Below, piece after piece: positions 12,711 to 25,430 of a stretch of DNA of 64,000 bases. Under the pieces are notes generated by a model. The model worked only from the letters and a program-made list of their open reading frames with translations, was not told the DNA's origin and made no database searches. Both the position numbers and the translations under genes were made by a program. This DNA comes from Eledone cirrhosa (Eukaryota): positions 222,146,001-222,210,000 of the forward strand of contig OZ024742.1 of assembly GCA_964016885.1 (NCBI GenBank). The letters run 5' to 3'. Positions within the stretch are counted from its first letter, which is position 1; each line of letters opens with the position of its first letter.

Positions 12711-13210
12711 CTGTGAGCCTTGTTACGCTGAAGTTTCACTTACGCCCTCACGAGATCATCAGACTAGACGTTCTAGTCTGATGATCCTGCAAGTGCGCAG
12801 GTGAAACTCTAGAGCAGTGATCCTCAACCAGTGTGCCGCAGCACACTGGTGTGCCGCGAGATCTTCCTAAGTGATCCGCGAAATTTTGAACGGCACACTA
12901 AGAACAAAAATATTATATATGAAACAGTTAATAAATATATATGAAAAATATTATAAGCTTTCACCGTATTTTAGACTAAAGAAATTTCTAGCCTGATAGT
13001 GGGGTTTATAACCCTCGGAGAAATGGAAAAAGATGAGTGTTGCCGTACATTTCATATATATTTAGCCAGGTGTGCCGCTATCTTTTCATGTGTTCCAAGG
13101 TGTGCCGTTGGCAAAGAAAGGTTGAGAATCACTGCTCTAGAGTAACAAAGCTCACTACTTAGCCAATACATTAATATCTATACTCTACACAGGTATCGAG
13201 TACTTTTTCT
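12711..13210 (+). mobile_element. HHR element with diverged inverted copy, interrupted by a MITE
   Basis: CTGATGA 12778, stem II TCCTGC..GCAGGT, GAAA-CTCTAGAG-TA after MITE removal; bulged hairpin at 13182-13203. Confidence 0.75.
12815..13134. mobile_element. hAT (Charlie-like) MITE
   Basis: TIRs CAGTGATCCTCAACC/GGTTGAGAATCACTG, 8 bp TSD CTCTAGAG; internal piece recurs at ~53310-53405. Confidence 0.9.
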
Positions 13211-13383
13211 CCCCCCCCCCCCCCCCCATAACGGATTATATATATAAATATATAAGTATCTGTCTTCAAGAAACCACTGGTAAATGAATTAATTATCTTA
13301 TGTTGTTTATTACATAGCTAAAAAGCTCTGTAGCCTACATAGAGCACTCTCTTTTCTTTTACCTTTCCTACGGAAATACTTCA

Positions 13384-13421
<38 letters not shown>

Positions 13422-13448
13422 CTATCTATCTCTATATATATATATGTG

Positions 13449-13579
<131 letters not shown>

Positions 13580-13984
13580 CTATCAATAAAAAAAATCCGA
13601 GGCCATATTCATTTATATATATATTACATTCATTTCATTTATTGATTTATTGATAATTTATCTGAGTGTCCCGAATCTTCCATGTCGAACTTTTCGGTTA
13701 TTTGGTTGATTGTAGACATATTCTACGTGTGACGGTATTTTAACGATAGTTATAGCTCTAATTTATTTGAATTATAGAGCCCTCTGCCGCTCATCTCGAA
13801 TTTTGTTTATCGTGAACTCGTGCGCCGATTTTTCGATACTCGATTATTCTACTATATATATATATATATATACACACGTTAAATAGCGTGACAAATTGAA
13901 AACTGTTAAGGGGACAAAGCTACAGAAGCCACCACAGTAACGAAAATACAATCAGGTTATATAAAAAAAACCTGATTATATATG

Positions 13985-14083
<99 letters not shown>

Positions 14084-14719
14084 AAAACCAGAAAATGTTC
14101 GACAATCAACCGAGAGAATGAAAAAGAAGGCAGAGTAAGAAAAGAAAAAGATAATAATCTGTGAAAAAAAAAGTGTGACATAGAGACAGAGAGAAAGGGA
14201 GAAGGGGAGAGAGAGAGAGGAAAGGAGGGTGAGTTAGAAAGAAAGAAAGAGAGCAAGAGAAAAAAAACGAAGGAGAGAAGTGGAGAGAGGGAGAGAGAGG
14301 GGTAGAGAGGGAGAGAGAGAAAGGGGGAGCAAAAAGAGAGTGTGGTTGAACGCGATAATGAAAGATAATTTAACAGTAAACTTAATCTTTCCCTCGTCCA
14401 ACCTTATCCTACTGCTCTCATTATATATATATATTATATATACGGAAAGGTTGTTTGTTAGAAACAGAAGCGACACCAGTTAATATTTAACTAAACACTT
14501 CTTCTATTATATACACAAACACAGACGAGGGCACACACACTTTTGTTTACATCATTGTTGTTTAAGGCGGTCGGCAGTCTTCTTTCTACACTTTTCCTCT
14601 ACCAAATTCCACTAATTAATCAGCCTCTAGCTAAAAAAGTAGACTAAACCCGAAACCACAAAGATTTTTTTTTCTTTTTCAATTAAAAAAAAAATATATA
14701 TATATATATATATTTATAT

Positions 14720-15086
14720 GCAAAAGTTTTATTTAAAATGTTGGGTTACAACGAGTAAATATTTTATAACTGATATAAAAGCACTCAACAAGTTTTGGAG
14801 TATTTTACGATATTAAACAAATGGAAATTACATTTATAAAACCATATTTATTTCATTATATATATTTCAGGGATATCATATTAAAAATATGGTATGCACT
14901 CTTCAGACAAAATACAATATATAGACAGTTTTATAAATAAATTTGACATACTTTATTTATAAAACTGTCTATATATTGTATTTTGTCTGAAGAGGGCATA
15001 CCATATTTTTAATATGATATCCCTGAAATATATATAATGAAATAAATATGGTTTTATAAATGTAATTTCCATTTGTTTAATATCGT
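14720..15086. mobile_element. Family A HHR element in hairpin form (HHRs 14849-14914 minus, 14979-15044 plus)
   Basis: Arms 14807-14941/14952-15086; CTGAAGA-GGG..CCCT-GAAA-TATATAT-A; between (TA)n tracts. Confidence 0.85.
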
Positions 15087-15327
15087 ATATATATATATAT
15101 ATATTATAAAGTTAAAAAAACAGAAAACAAAAACAATAAAGAAGAGTGCAGTACAAAGTGTTAAATATTAGGTTCACGCTTGAGAGTGGGGAATGACGTT
15201 TCGCGCCATCAGGAGAAAAGTGGGAAGGAAAAAAGTCCCGAGGGTGTGAGGGGGAGTGGTGGAAAGACATAAAAAGGGGGGGGGGATTTAAGGGAACCCC
15301 AAAAAATTAAAATTAAACAAGTAATTC

Positions 15328-15389
<62 letters not shown>

Positions 15390-15409
15390 CTAATGGTAGC
15401 TAAGATGCT

Positions 15410-15748
15410 TCCATAGGCGGTATGCCGGTTGAGCACTCTATGCTCCTACGGAGCAGAGTATGATAGAATGGAAAACGAAAAAGTAGTGATGCATCGGAAC
15501 TCTATTGTGTCTGCCCGGCGAACAGCTCGAGGTGCGATCCGTGTGTGGATCTACCTGACTCTAGACTCGCAGGTTCCTCGGACACGTCTATTGATTTGGG
15601 AGCATATAGACGTGTCCGAGGAACCTGCGAGTCTAGAGTCAGGTCGATTCACACACAGATCGCACCTCGAGCTGTTCGCCGGGCAGACACAATTGTAACA
15701 CACAATAAATTGAGTTCCGATGCATCACTGATTTTTCGTTTTCCATTC
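15410..15748. mobile_element. Family B HHR element, hairpin form (long stem II; core degenerate)
   Basis: Arms ~15461-15590/15607-15748; homologous to 23875-24160 and 63660-64000. Confidence 0.8.
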
Positions 15749-15762
15749 TCTCTCTCTCTCTC

Positions 15763-15878
<116 letters not shown>

Positions 15879-16239
15879 CATTCTTTCTGTCCGATGACTG
15901 CCACTTCGCCGTATATCATATATATATGATATACGAATTACTTTGTCAATTTTAGGCGGCGAAGTGGTAGTCATCGGATAGAAAGAATGCATACATACAT
16001 ACGTACGTATGTACGTACATACATACATACATACATACATACATACATACATACATACATACATACATACATACATACATACATACATACAGTAAAAGAT
16101 GTTTAGAATATCTAAATACAGAAAGTAATTAAAAAAAAAAAAGAATAGATAAATGTATTCTACGAAAAGTATATACAGTATATACAATGTTTTAAACTTT
16201 TTTTTTTTTAAGCATACATGAAAAGTTTGTGGGGTCTTC

Positions 16240-16560
16240 CTAGTCTGGAATAACCTACATACAATTGACCATGTGAGAAACATCCTCTTCTAGATGGGGA
16301 TCGACAGCCTGCAGTGTTTGACCTTGGCACTTGTTAATGGTCATTGTGTAACTGACTCTCACTGGGAATTGCAATCATTTGAAACGAAAGAGGACATCTA
16401 TTGGTATTAGCGGCATTCTAGGTATAAATGCGATGTCACCCTTATAATATCCAGTAAGGATTTTGGTTTCGATAATATGAGGCTGTAGTTCAGTCACAAC
16501 ATTACACGTCCCATTGCACTTGGCTGATCCAAGTTTCTTTGAAGCTTGGTGATTGAACCC
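16240..16560 (-). pseudogene. Helitron PIF1-like helicase fragment
   Basis: CNGT..FIPRMPLIP..FRFK, TMTINKCQGQT, FSHGQLYVG motifs. Confidence 0.85.
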
Positions 16561-16699
16561 TTCTCCAATGTTGTGTGGTAGCATACCAGATTGTTTTGTC
16601 TACGTTAATTAACAGACATAGCTGTAGAGGCCCGTGTGTCAAGCCCGCACTGTAGAGGAGGAGGAGGAAGAGGAGGAGGAGGAGGAGGTTTAGAGGAAG

Positions 16700-17650
16700 A
16701 GGTTTTAGAAAAACTCTCCCAGTCATTCCAAAAGGCAATAATTCGACACTGGACTTCTATCAAATTTTGAAGCTGGCTACAAACATGAGAGCATATCTTG
16801 GAGAAGGCGAACAGTCAGAGCCCAGAATCTATTAATGCTTGGGGACGGAAGACTTCTTGTTGATAGAAAGGAAACTATTGAGTCCCATAGGCACGATGGT
16901 GGAATCATTATTCTATCTCATAGAAAAAGTGTTCCCTAATCTTGAATATCAGTTCACGAGTCACAAGTGACTTAGTGAAAGGGCAATATTGACCCTGAAA
17001 ATGCGACTGTAAAATTGGTAAATCAAGAGCTGTTGAAAAGACTTCTAAAGGTTTCGAACCTATATCGATCTGCCGACATTGTGGGGGAGCAGTTGCTCAA
17101 CTGTTTAGAACCACCAGGAATGCCTCCACCTTTCCTTCACCTGTTATTGAGGAACTTGGATCCACCAAGGCTATGCAACGGCACTCGATTGTTTATGAAA
17201 AATATATATCCAGACGTGATTCAAGCCACCATTTCAACAGGATGTGGTTAGGGAGAGAATGTGTTCATTCCAAGAATGCCCTTCATCCCCACTGATGTCC
17301 CATATCCATTCAAACGACTTCAATTTCCAGTGAGTCTTAGTTTGCCATGGCCATCAACAAATCAAAACGTCAAACATTTTCTGTTGCCGGTTTACACGTT
17401 GAAGAGCCCTGCTTCACTCATGGTCAGCTTTACGTTGGATGATCAAGAGTAGGAAGTCAGAAAAATCTTTACATCTCTGCATTAGATGGGAAATCAATAA
17501 ACATCATTCATACAAACTATAAATTAAGCCAATAAATAAAGAAATCCGTCCTCATCAAATGGACTATCCTTCGCGGGAGACATGGTCTGGTATGGAATAA
17601 AAAAAGATTGAAATAAAGGCATTATCCGGCAACGACAGCCTACTGAGCTA

Positions 17651-17652
<2 letters not shown>
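16700..17652 (+). pseudogene. Helitron PIF1-like helicase fragment plus 3' CTAG end
   Basis: LLRNLDPPRLCNGTRL, FIPRMPFIPTDVPYPFKRLQFPV, HGQLYVG; ends ...GAGCTAGT. Confidence 0.88.
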
Positions 17653-17699
<47 letters not shown>

Positions 17700-17700
<1 letters not shown>

Positions 17701-17905
17701 CGGAGGAAATGTGGTAAGGAACCAGGTGGACCATAACGCACCAAAGTACTCAATACTTAGGGTAGTAGAGTGGGTAATAGGAACGAGTGGTAGAACACTG
17801 GGAGGTAATATCCGTAGTGGTAGAGCACTCAGTCCATGGGATGAGTTAGGTAGAAGTGATTACACAACAGTTAGTTCATCATACCGAGAACAACTGTTTC
17901 ACCAC

Positions 17906-17944
<39 letters not shown>

Positions 17945-18566
17945 TATGTTTAGAATTTTGCGTTTCTCAATAAGCAAGCTCAATAGACTTTATCTAGACC
18001 TATAAAAACCATATTTGATATGTTTTCATTCACTATTTGTATTTAACGGCTCCAAACCTCTTAACTTGTTGAGCTCGGTGGCTATAATTACTGCTCCTAT
18101 TTCTAGAGGAGTCATCATCCACCTTGCAGATATCTATTTGCCTCCGGTTTAACGTGGTTCCTCCATGTGCTTCTTAGCATGGTGGTCGCGTTTGACTTAG
18201 CTGTGGTTCTTCCCAGGTATATTGATTTATTTACCATCTTCCTTCTATATTTCCATTAGAATGGTAAGAGTAGACCTCCGATGAGTACCTGAGTGTCATG
18301 TGGTTTAATCATAATCGATAGTTTGTCCTCGATGATCGATTATATTGATTGATTTCTTTTCGATAAACGATTACATAGATTGATTTTTAGCCACACTCTC
18401 CAGGTATGAAATAGCGCTATAAGGTTTCATATATGATTTCACCTGTGTACATATTCTTCTATAGAATATGTATTTGGGATATAGCATGGCCTCAGCCGGG
18501 GTCATACATGTTCTTATTACCCACTCTACTACCCTAAGTATTGAGTATTCCTTACAACTCCTTCGT
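17700..18566 (+). mobile_element. HHR element family (long stem II HHR at 18272-18427) with inverted 3' end copy at 17700-17785
   Basis: ACCT-CCGATGA-GTACCTG...CAGGTAT-GAAA-TAGCGCTAT-A-AGGT; terminus shared with 47080-47165 and 42720-42800. Confidence 0.75.
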
Positions 18567-18783
18567 TATATATATATTAGAAAGTGAAGGGTTTTTTTTA
18601 AATGAAAAAAAAAACGAGGTGTCCTACACGAGTGAAAGTATAAGGAAAAGAGTGAAAGTATAATCGAAAATGCAACTGGAGTCTTTTTTTTTTTTAATAT
18701 ATATTTATTTGGTTCCCTTACCGGTTTCGCAGTTCTTCTGCTTTTCAAAAGTAGAGTTGAGATGGAGGGTTTGTGGTTTTTCT

Positions 18784-18911
<128 letters not shown>

Positions 18912-19315
18912 AAATGACCCCTTAGCCTTTGTCAAGGCAGAATTCTAGGAGAAGGAAAACTCTGATAACAGAAACCTGCAACCCTGATGGTATCCAATGA
19001 TGTTGACTTGTTCTTCTTTTTGGTAAATATCATCTTGGTTAAGAGTGTGAGACTGGCTTTGTGCAGTGCCTTTGCTCACTATAAAAGTTTCACGGCACAG
19101 GCATTGCTTTATATCTGGAGATCTCTCTGCACTTGTCGTCATCTGGTGCCATGGGCCCAGCACTATGTGTCAATAATTGTCACAAGTGTAGTGTCTGTAC
19201 CAGAGTTTTCAAGTCGCTGGCTGGACTAAAAAGTCACACTTGTTTAGCGCATCGGAAGGGGTTCTCCTACATGGATATAAAGTAGTGGCCGTACTCGAAA
19301 ACGAGTTAGCAGCCA

Positions 19316-19385
<70 letters not shown>

Positions 19386-20111
19386 AGGATGGATGATGAT
19401 GAAGGATGCAACTCGATTTCGCGTAATACCATAGCTTGATATTTAAGCATGAGCATCACGGGCGTGGCTTTTTCGTCCTGCTAGGGACTTGCCTATGGCC
19501 AACAATATCATGCATCGCACAAAATGTCACATATCAAGCGATGCTTGGAGCCATTTTAAGTGAGGAAAGGATTTGAACGGGGCCAATTCTACTCTCTGAA
19601 CATCGAATGCACTTGCCCAAAAAGAAGAACTAGTCTACATCATTGGATGCAAACGAAGTCACAGGTTTTATATCAAAGTGATCTTCTAAAGTGATGTCTT
19701 AATGAAGTTTAGGAGTCTCTCACTCCACAAAAAATACATACATACATACATACACGATAGCTTCATAACTCTGCTAAAAGTATTGCAATCGCTTGTCAGA
19801 TTCTCTAGTTTAGTACACTTTCAGGCTACGGCCAGCCACACGAACCTACATACATGCATACATACACATATAATCAGTTAATCTTTACAGTAGGTACGAA
19901 CAAACAAAAGCGGCTATCTTCCTTGTTAGCCACCCATAATCAATGCAATTTCGTAAAGAAGCTTGGGATTACAGCCTGTGCTTAATATGATGCAATCCGA
20001 CTTGGAAGATAGATGATTTTGTTCGTCCCACGAGTTTCGTTTTAACCGCGTGCAACTTTGATGTGTTATTGTAACAATACGTGCTCTTTCTTTAAATAAC
20101 TAATTATATCC

Positions 20112-20219
<108 letters not shown>

Positions 20220-20969
20220 TTTTTATATAATCATGGAGTTTGTGGCCAACGGCGATCTTGGAAGAATTCTATTCGTCTGGCTCGTTAAAACTAATATTTA
20301 CTTCTCAGTAATAGATTTGCCTATGATCATAAGTTGAATGTTAGATTTTAAAAAAATATTAATTCGATTTCTTTGTATAATGCACTTCTGTTTCTTTTTT
20401 TTTTTTTTCTTTTTTTCTTATAAAGCATACTTGGTTGAGATTTTCTGGCGCGATTTTCAAGCCGTTTGAATTTAACCGCCAATAGTGTGCTTTGTTCTAT
20501 AGACAGGGCCTGACAACCTTCCTCTTTAGAAGGTCGCGTCATGTTGCCGCCGTCTAGAATTGCGACGTTCAGTCACTGCTGCTATCACGAACAGGCACCC
20601 TTGATAGAATTTTAGGACTAAAATAACGTTGATAATTCGCTCCGTTGGTCCTGGCTGCGGGCACTTTCTGGATCTTTTCGGAAATAACACGGAGTCTCTG
20701 TACATGTTTTTTTTGCATATGTATTCATTAGTTGCAGGGCGCAATGTTTAAACCACGTAGTCCGGAGCACCTAGTTTTGTGTTCCCTCAAACATCGTTTG
20801 TTCCACTATGTAACGTATTGTGTCCACTCTGATATGCAAATTCGTATTTACGAAATACGATTTTTGTATAATCATGGAGTTAGTGATAAAATAAATCGGA
20901 ATGAACCTCTTCCTGCTTCCCGTCAACGAGAAATTTACTTACACTATAAAATTCGTGTTGCCACATAGA

Positions 20970-22220
20970 ATGTCCTGTCACTCCTTCATCCCAGAGCAGC
21001 CACTCTGCTGTCTCGAGAGCTATCTCGCTACAACATCACCTTGGCAGGACTCTGCAAGACACGCTGGTCTGGCACCGGGGAATTCATCGCAGGAGACCGC
21101 AGCCTCATCTGTAGTGGCACAGAGGACCGGATGGGCCTCTGCGGTGTGGCACTGACCATGCCCAAATACATCCACAAGTTGCTCATCAACTGGAACCCGT
21201 TTTCTCCACCGGCATGGGAAGATGACTATCATTGTTACCTATGCTCCTACAGACATCTCAGAGGACACAGTGACTTCTACGACCAGCTCTAGCAGGTTTT
21301 AGGATAAATCCCACCCCATGACATCACGATCATCCTGATGGTCCTCTTCCACCAGGCTCACCCCAACCGACCCATTGCAGACTCAGCCCATTGGCGCAAC
21401 CTTCCACGACCAATAACAACGGTAATCGCCTACTGTTCCTATGCCGCTACAACAATCTGTATCGCCGGTACCTGGTTGCCCTGTAAACTCATCCACCACT
21501 GGACTTGATACACTCCGTACAGCTACATCCGGAAGGCGATCAAACACATCATCTTGGTCGTTTATCACCAACTACCGGGTCTACAGAGGAGCTCATGGAC
21601 TCCCCATGGAAGTCCCTTTGACGCCACTCTATCTCCCGGAAAACGAGGCTCCGCATCTACAACGAATCAGCCCTCTTCGTTCTCTACTATGGAGCAGAAA
21701 CAACGGCTTCGTTAGCAGAGTCCTGATGACCATCGATGACATCAGATAGTAGCATCAGCCCGCAACCTCTCGCTTCATAGCCACCCGCTAGTACAGACGT
21801 GTCCTCCTCCTCCCGCCAGATCAACATACCCGTGCCTTACTCTCGTTCGACGCAGCCACGGCGGGCTGGTAGAGGTTACGCGGCGGGCTGGTAGAGGTTA
21901 CGCGGCGGGCTGGTAGAGGTTACGCGGCGGGCTGGTAGAGGTTACGCGGCGGGCTGGTAGAGGTTACGCGGCGGGCTGGTAGAGGTTACGCGGCGGGCTG
22001 GTAGAGGTTACGCGGCGGGCTGGTAGAGGTTACGCGGCAGGCACCGCACCATATAGTTCGATGCGATTAAGGAAGATCTCGAGAGGCTCGACTTCATCTT
22101 GGAGGACGCAGAGGAGATGGCACAGGACCACCAGCGATGAAGCGCACTGGTTGACCTGCTCGGTACTAAGCACGATCTCGTTCCTGGGACAGCTGATCAG
22201 GATCGCCCCAATCCCTTTGA
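20970..22220 (+). mobile_element. Internally deleted RTE LINE (APE joined to C-terminus, RT missing)
   Basis: LCKTRWSGTG, FYDQL, NNNGNRLLFLC, TNYRVYRGA; then LPPDQHTRALLSFDAATAGW and DAIKEDLERL..EEMAQDHQR. Confidence 0.8.
21859..22034 (+). repeat. 22 bp minisatellite, 8 perfect copies
   Basis: (CGGCGGGCTGGTAGAGGTTACG)x8. Confidence 0.95.
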
Positions 22221-22290
22221 GTAAAAGCAATCGATAGATGATATTGTATATATACAATATACTGTGTTTCTTATTCGATATATGGCTCTT

Positions 22291-22323
<33 letters not shown>

Positions 22324-22343
22324 CTTTTTCATTTGGTTATATA

Positions 22344-22512
22344 CCGTATTTCCCGGTGCCGAAGACGCTTCGTCCTCGAGGACGCACCCTAATTTTGACA
22401 ACCAAAAATTTGAAAAAAAATAATACACAACCTTCGTCCTCCAGGACGCATGGTAGATTTTTGAGACTTATTTTAGGGAAAAAAGTAGCGTCTTCGACGC
22501 CGGGAAATACGG
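22344..22512. mobile_element. pogo/Tigger-like MITE
   Basis: TIR CCGTATTTCCCGG..GAAGACGC, TA flanks. Confidence 0.85.
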
Positions 22513-22606
<94 letters not shown>

Positions 22607-22610
<4 letters not shown>

Positions 22611-22870
22611 TTTGGTACGCTTTCATCAGATAAAATACAAAGTTTGTTTTATAAAAGCTTGAACCGTTAAGATATTCTTCCTGGATATGTCAATATTTAT
22701 AAAACAAACTTTGTATTTTATCTGATGAGAGCGTACCAAAGTTTTGGGACCCTTGAAATATATATAATAGAATAAATATGGTTTTATAAATATAGTTTCC
22801 ATTTATTTAATATCATTGATATTATACTCCAGAAATCTGTCGAGTGCTTCGAATCAGTTATAAACATATA
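22607..22870 (+). mobile_element. Family A HHR element with 5' inversion; HHR at 22714-22774
   Basis: TATTTTAT-CTGATGA-stem II-GAAA-TATATAT-A-ATAGAATA; bulged hairpin 22826-22847; within (TA)n. Confidence 0.85.
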
Positions 22871-22894
22871 TATTTGTTGAATTATATATATATA

Positions 22895-22954
<60 letters not shown>

Positions 22955-22960
<6 letters not shown>

Positions 22961-23182
22961 CACAGAGTAAAAGTTTAAGTAAACAATTTCTAATTTCACC
23001 TTTTAACGGGATCTTCAGAAATTGAGATATATAACAATATCTAGATGCAGTTATAGATATTACAAGTAAATATCACATTGAGATATCAACGTCTACAGAT
23101 TGAAATACATTTCTATTTCAGAAGTTCCTGTTAAAGGATGGAAGCAGAAATTGTTTGCTTCAACTTTTAATCTGTGCTAATA
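22955..23182. mobile_element. Diverged hairpin element with degenerate HHR (related copy 29340-29405)
   Basis: Inverted arms; CTGAAGA-TCCCGTTAAAAGGT-GAAA on the minus strand. Confidence 0.5.
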
Positions 23183-23300
23183 ATATATATTTGTTCTGTG
23201 GTTTTATATATATTATTGCATATACATTATATACTTATCGAGTACTCTCTGAATCTTGATATACATATGTGTGTGTGTGTGTATGTGTGTGTGTGTGTGT

Positions 23301-23396
<96 letters not shown>

Positions 23397-23561
23397 AGTA
23401 TACGGAATAAACACAGACGATGAGGTTCAATGAAGATATATATTAATTTCACAGTCAATATAGAACAGGATTTTGGTTTCTTATGTTTAAGGTGCTTCAG
23501 ATATATATCCTCAGGAAACGATATTTTATCGACTCGTTAGTGATATGTATAAGATGTTCTA

Positions 23562-23599
<38 letters not shown>

Positions 23600-23604
23600 G
23601 CGAA

Positions 23605-23720
23605 GGCGCGTGGTTAGAGTGGTTAGAGGATTGGATTCGCAATCGTGAGATTGTGAGTTCGATTCCTGGACCGGGCAATGCGTTATATCCTTGAGCAAGA
23701 CACTTTATTTCACGTTGCTC
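23605..23720 (+). mobile_element. tRNA-derived SINE family 2 (also ~32100-32405-, 33918-34190+, 40190-40830+, 45815-46140+)
   Basis: tRNA-like head with B box GAGTTCGATTCC followed by TCCTTGAGCAAGACACTT core. Confidence 0.8.
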
Positions 23721-23854
23721 CTTCTACCCGGAGTTGCGACCGATAGATAGCATTAGCAATTGGAAAGACCAAGGAATCCGGTTCGATTTGACGAAAGTCG
23801 ATCGACTGTCGATATATTATATATACTATATATATAATATATATATATGTGATA

Positions 23855-24162
23855 TACTATATATATCACATAAGAATCAGTGTTGCGACGAATAAAATGT
23901 ATTAGACATATTACAATCGTTTCTCTGGCGACCAACTCGAGGCACGATCTGTGTAATGATCGAACCTGACTCTGAAATCGCAAGGTCCTCAGATACGTCT
24001 CCATTCTACGTAGAATTAGGTTCGATCTCTGGTGGCCAGAGAAACGATTGTAATATGTCTAATAAATTTTATTCGTCGCACCACTGATTCTCCGTTTCTT
24101 ATGTGATATTATACTCTGCTCTGTAAGAGCATCGAGTGCTCAAAGGGCCTACCGCTCACGGA
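23855..24162. mobile_element. Family B HHR element; canonical-core HHR at 23904-24000 (minus)
   Basis: AGACGTAT-CTGAGGA-~60 nt stem II domain-GAAA-CGATTGT-A-ATATGTCT; bulged hairpin 24113-24139. Confidence 0.85.
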
Positions 24163-24304
24163 CGTGTGTGTGTGTGTGTGTGTGTGCATACACATACATA
24201 TATCATATATATATATATCCAGGGAGTGTAACGAGTGTAAGATTATATAATCACCAACCAATAAACGTAATGAAGGAGTAACCATTCGTCCTTGTATTAA
24301 TATA

Positions 24305-24377
<73 letters not shown>

Positions 24378-24555
24378 TAAGGGAGGATCGACTTATGTGT
24401 AAAACTGACTTATTTTAGTTTGTCTAGCTTACATCCCCATAAATCGAGATTTTGACTTAAGCTTAATATGTTATCATTCATTCTATCAGTCGATATGTTA
24501 TCTTTTCATTGAGATGTCTTGAAATATTCGAGACAAATAACCCTTTCATATATAT

Positions 24556-24588
<33 letters not shown>

Positions 24589-24917
24589 AGTGTGTCTGTG
24601 TATGTGTGTATGTGTGTATGTATTAAAAGGTTATTGTCTCGAATATTATATGTGTATATATATATATATATATACGTGTGTGTGTGTAATTAACATTTTA
24701 AGGTGAAAATGTAGAGAAGTATATTTAAAGATTATTTTTCTTTAATCAACAGGTCAGGAATTTTAACCAAGTGAATTCAATTGAAATCCTGACCTCGACC
24801 TTCACCACGACACCTTCATAAAAAACATATATGTAAGAAATTTTGACAGAAAACTCACATATATTTGAACTGCTCACAGAATACACGAAAAACCATTTTA
24901 AAATATATATATATATA

Positions 24918-24999
<82 letters not shown>

Positions 25000-25100
25000 T
25001 ATATATGTATATATGTATATATATATATCATATCATTCATATCATATATATATGATATACATATATATATATATATATACATGCACACACACGCGCGCCC

Positions 25101-25166
<66 letters not shown>

Positions 25167-25391
25167 TAATATAATACAATCATACTTACTGTGAATTTCA
25201 TTGCTCAGTATTAATGGCCAAAACTAGATTCAATGGGATTAGTTTAAGTTGTAATATATAGCGATATGTCTGTCTCGGTTTCGTCTGTTTGTCTTTGTGT
25301 GAGTATATGAATACATGAGTATGTGTATGGGAATGTCTGTAAATATGAGTATGTGTAAAAAGAAAATGGCTGACTTTATAGTAGTTCGGAG

Positions 25392-25430
<39 letters not shown>

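Noticed and set aside
21859-22034. Possible CRISPR-like array
   Set aside because: No spacers; a pure tandem repeat in eukaryotic DNA
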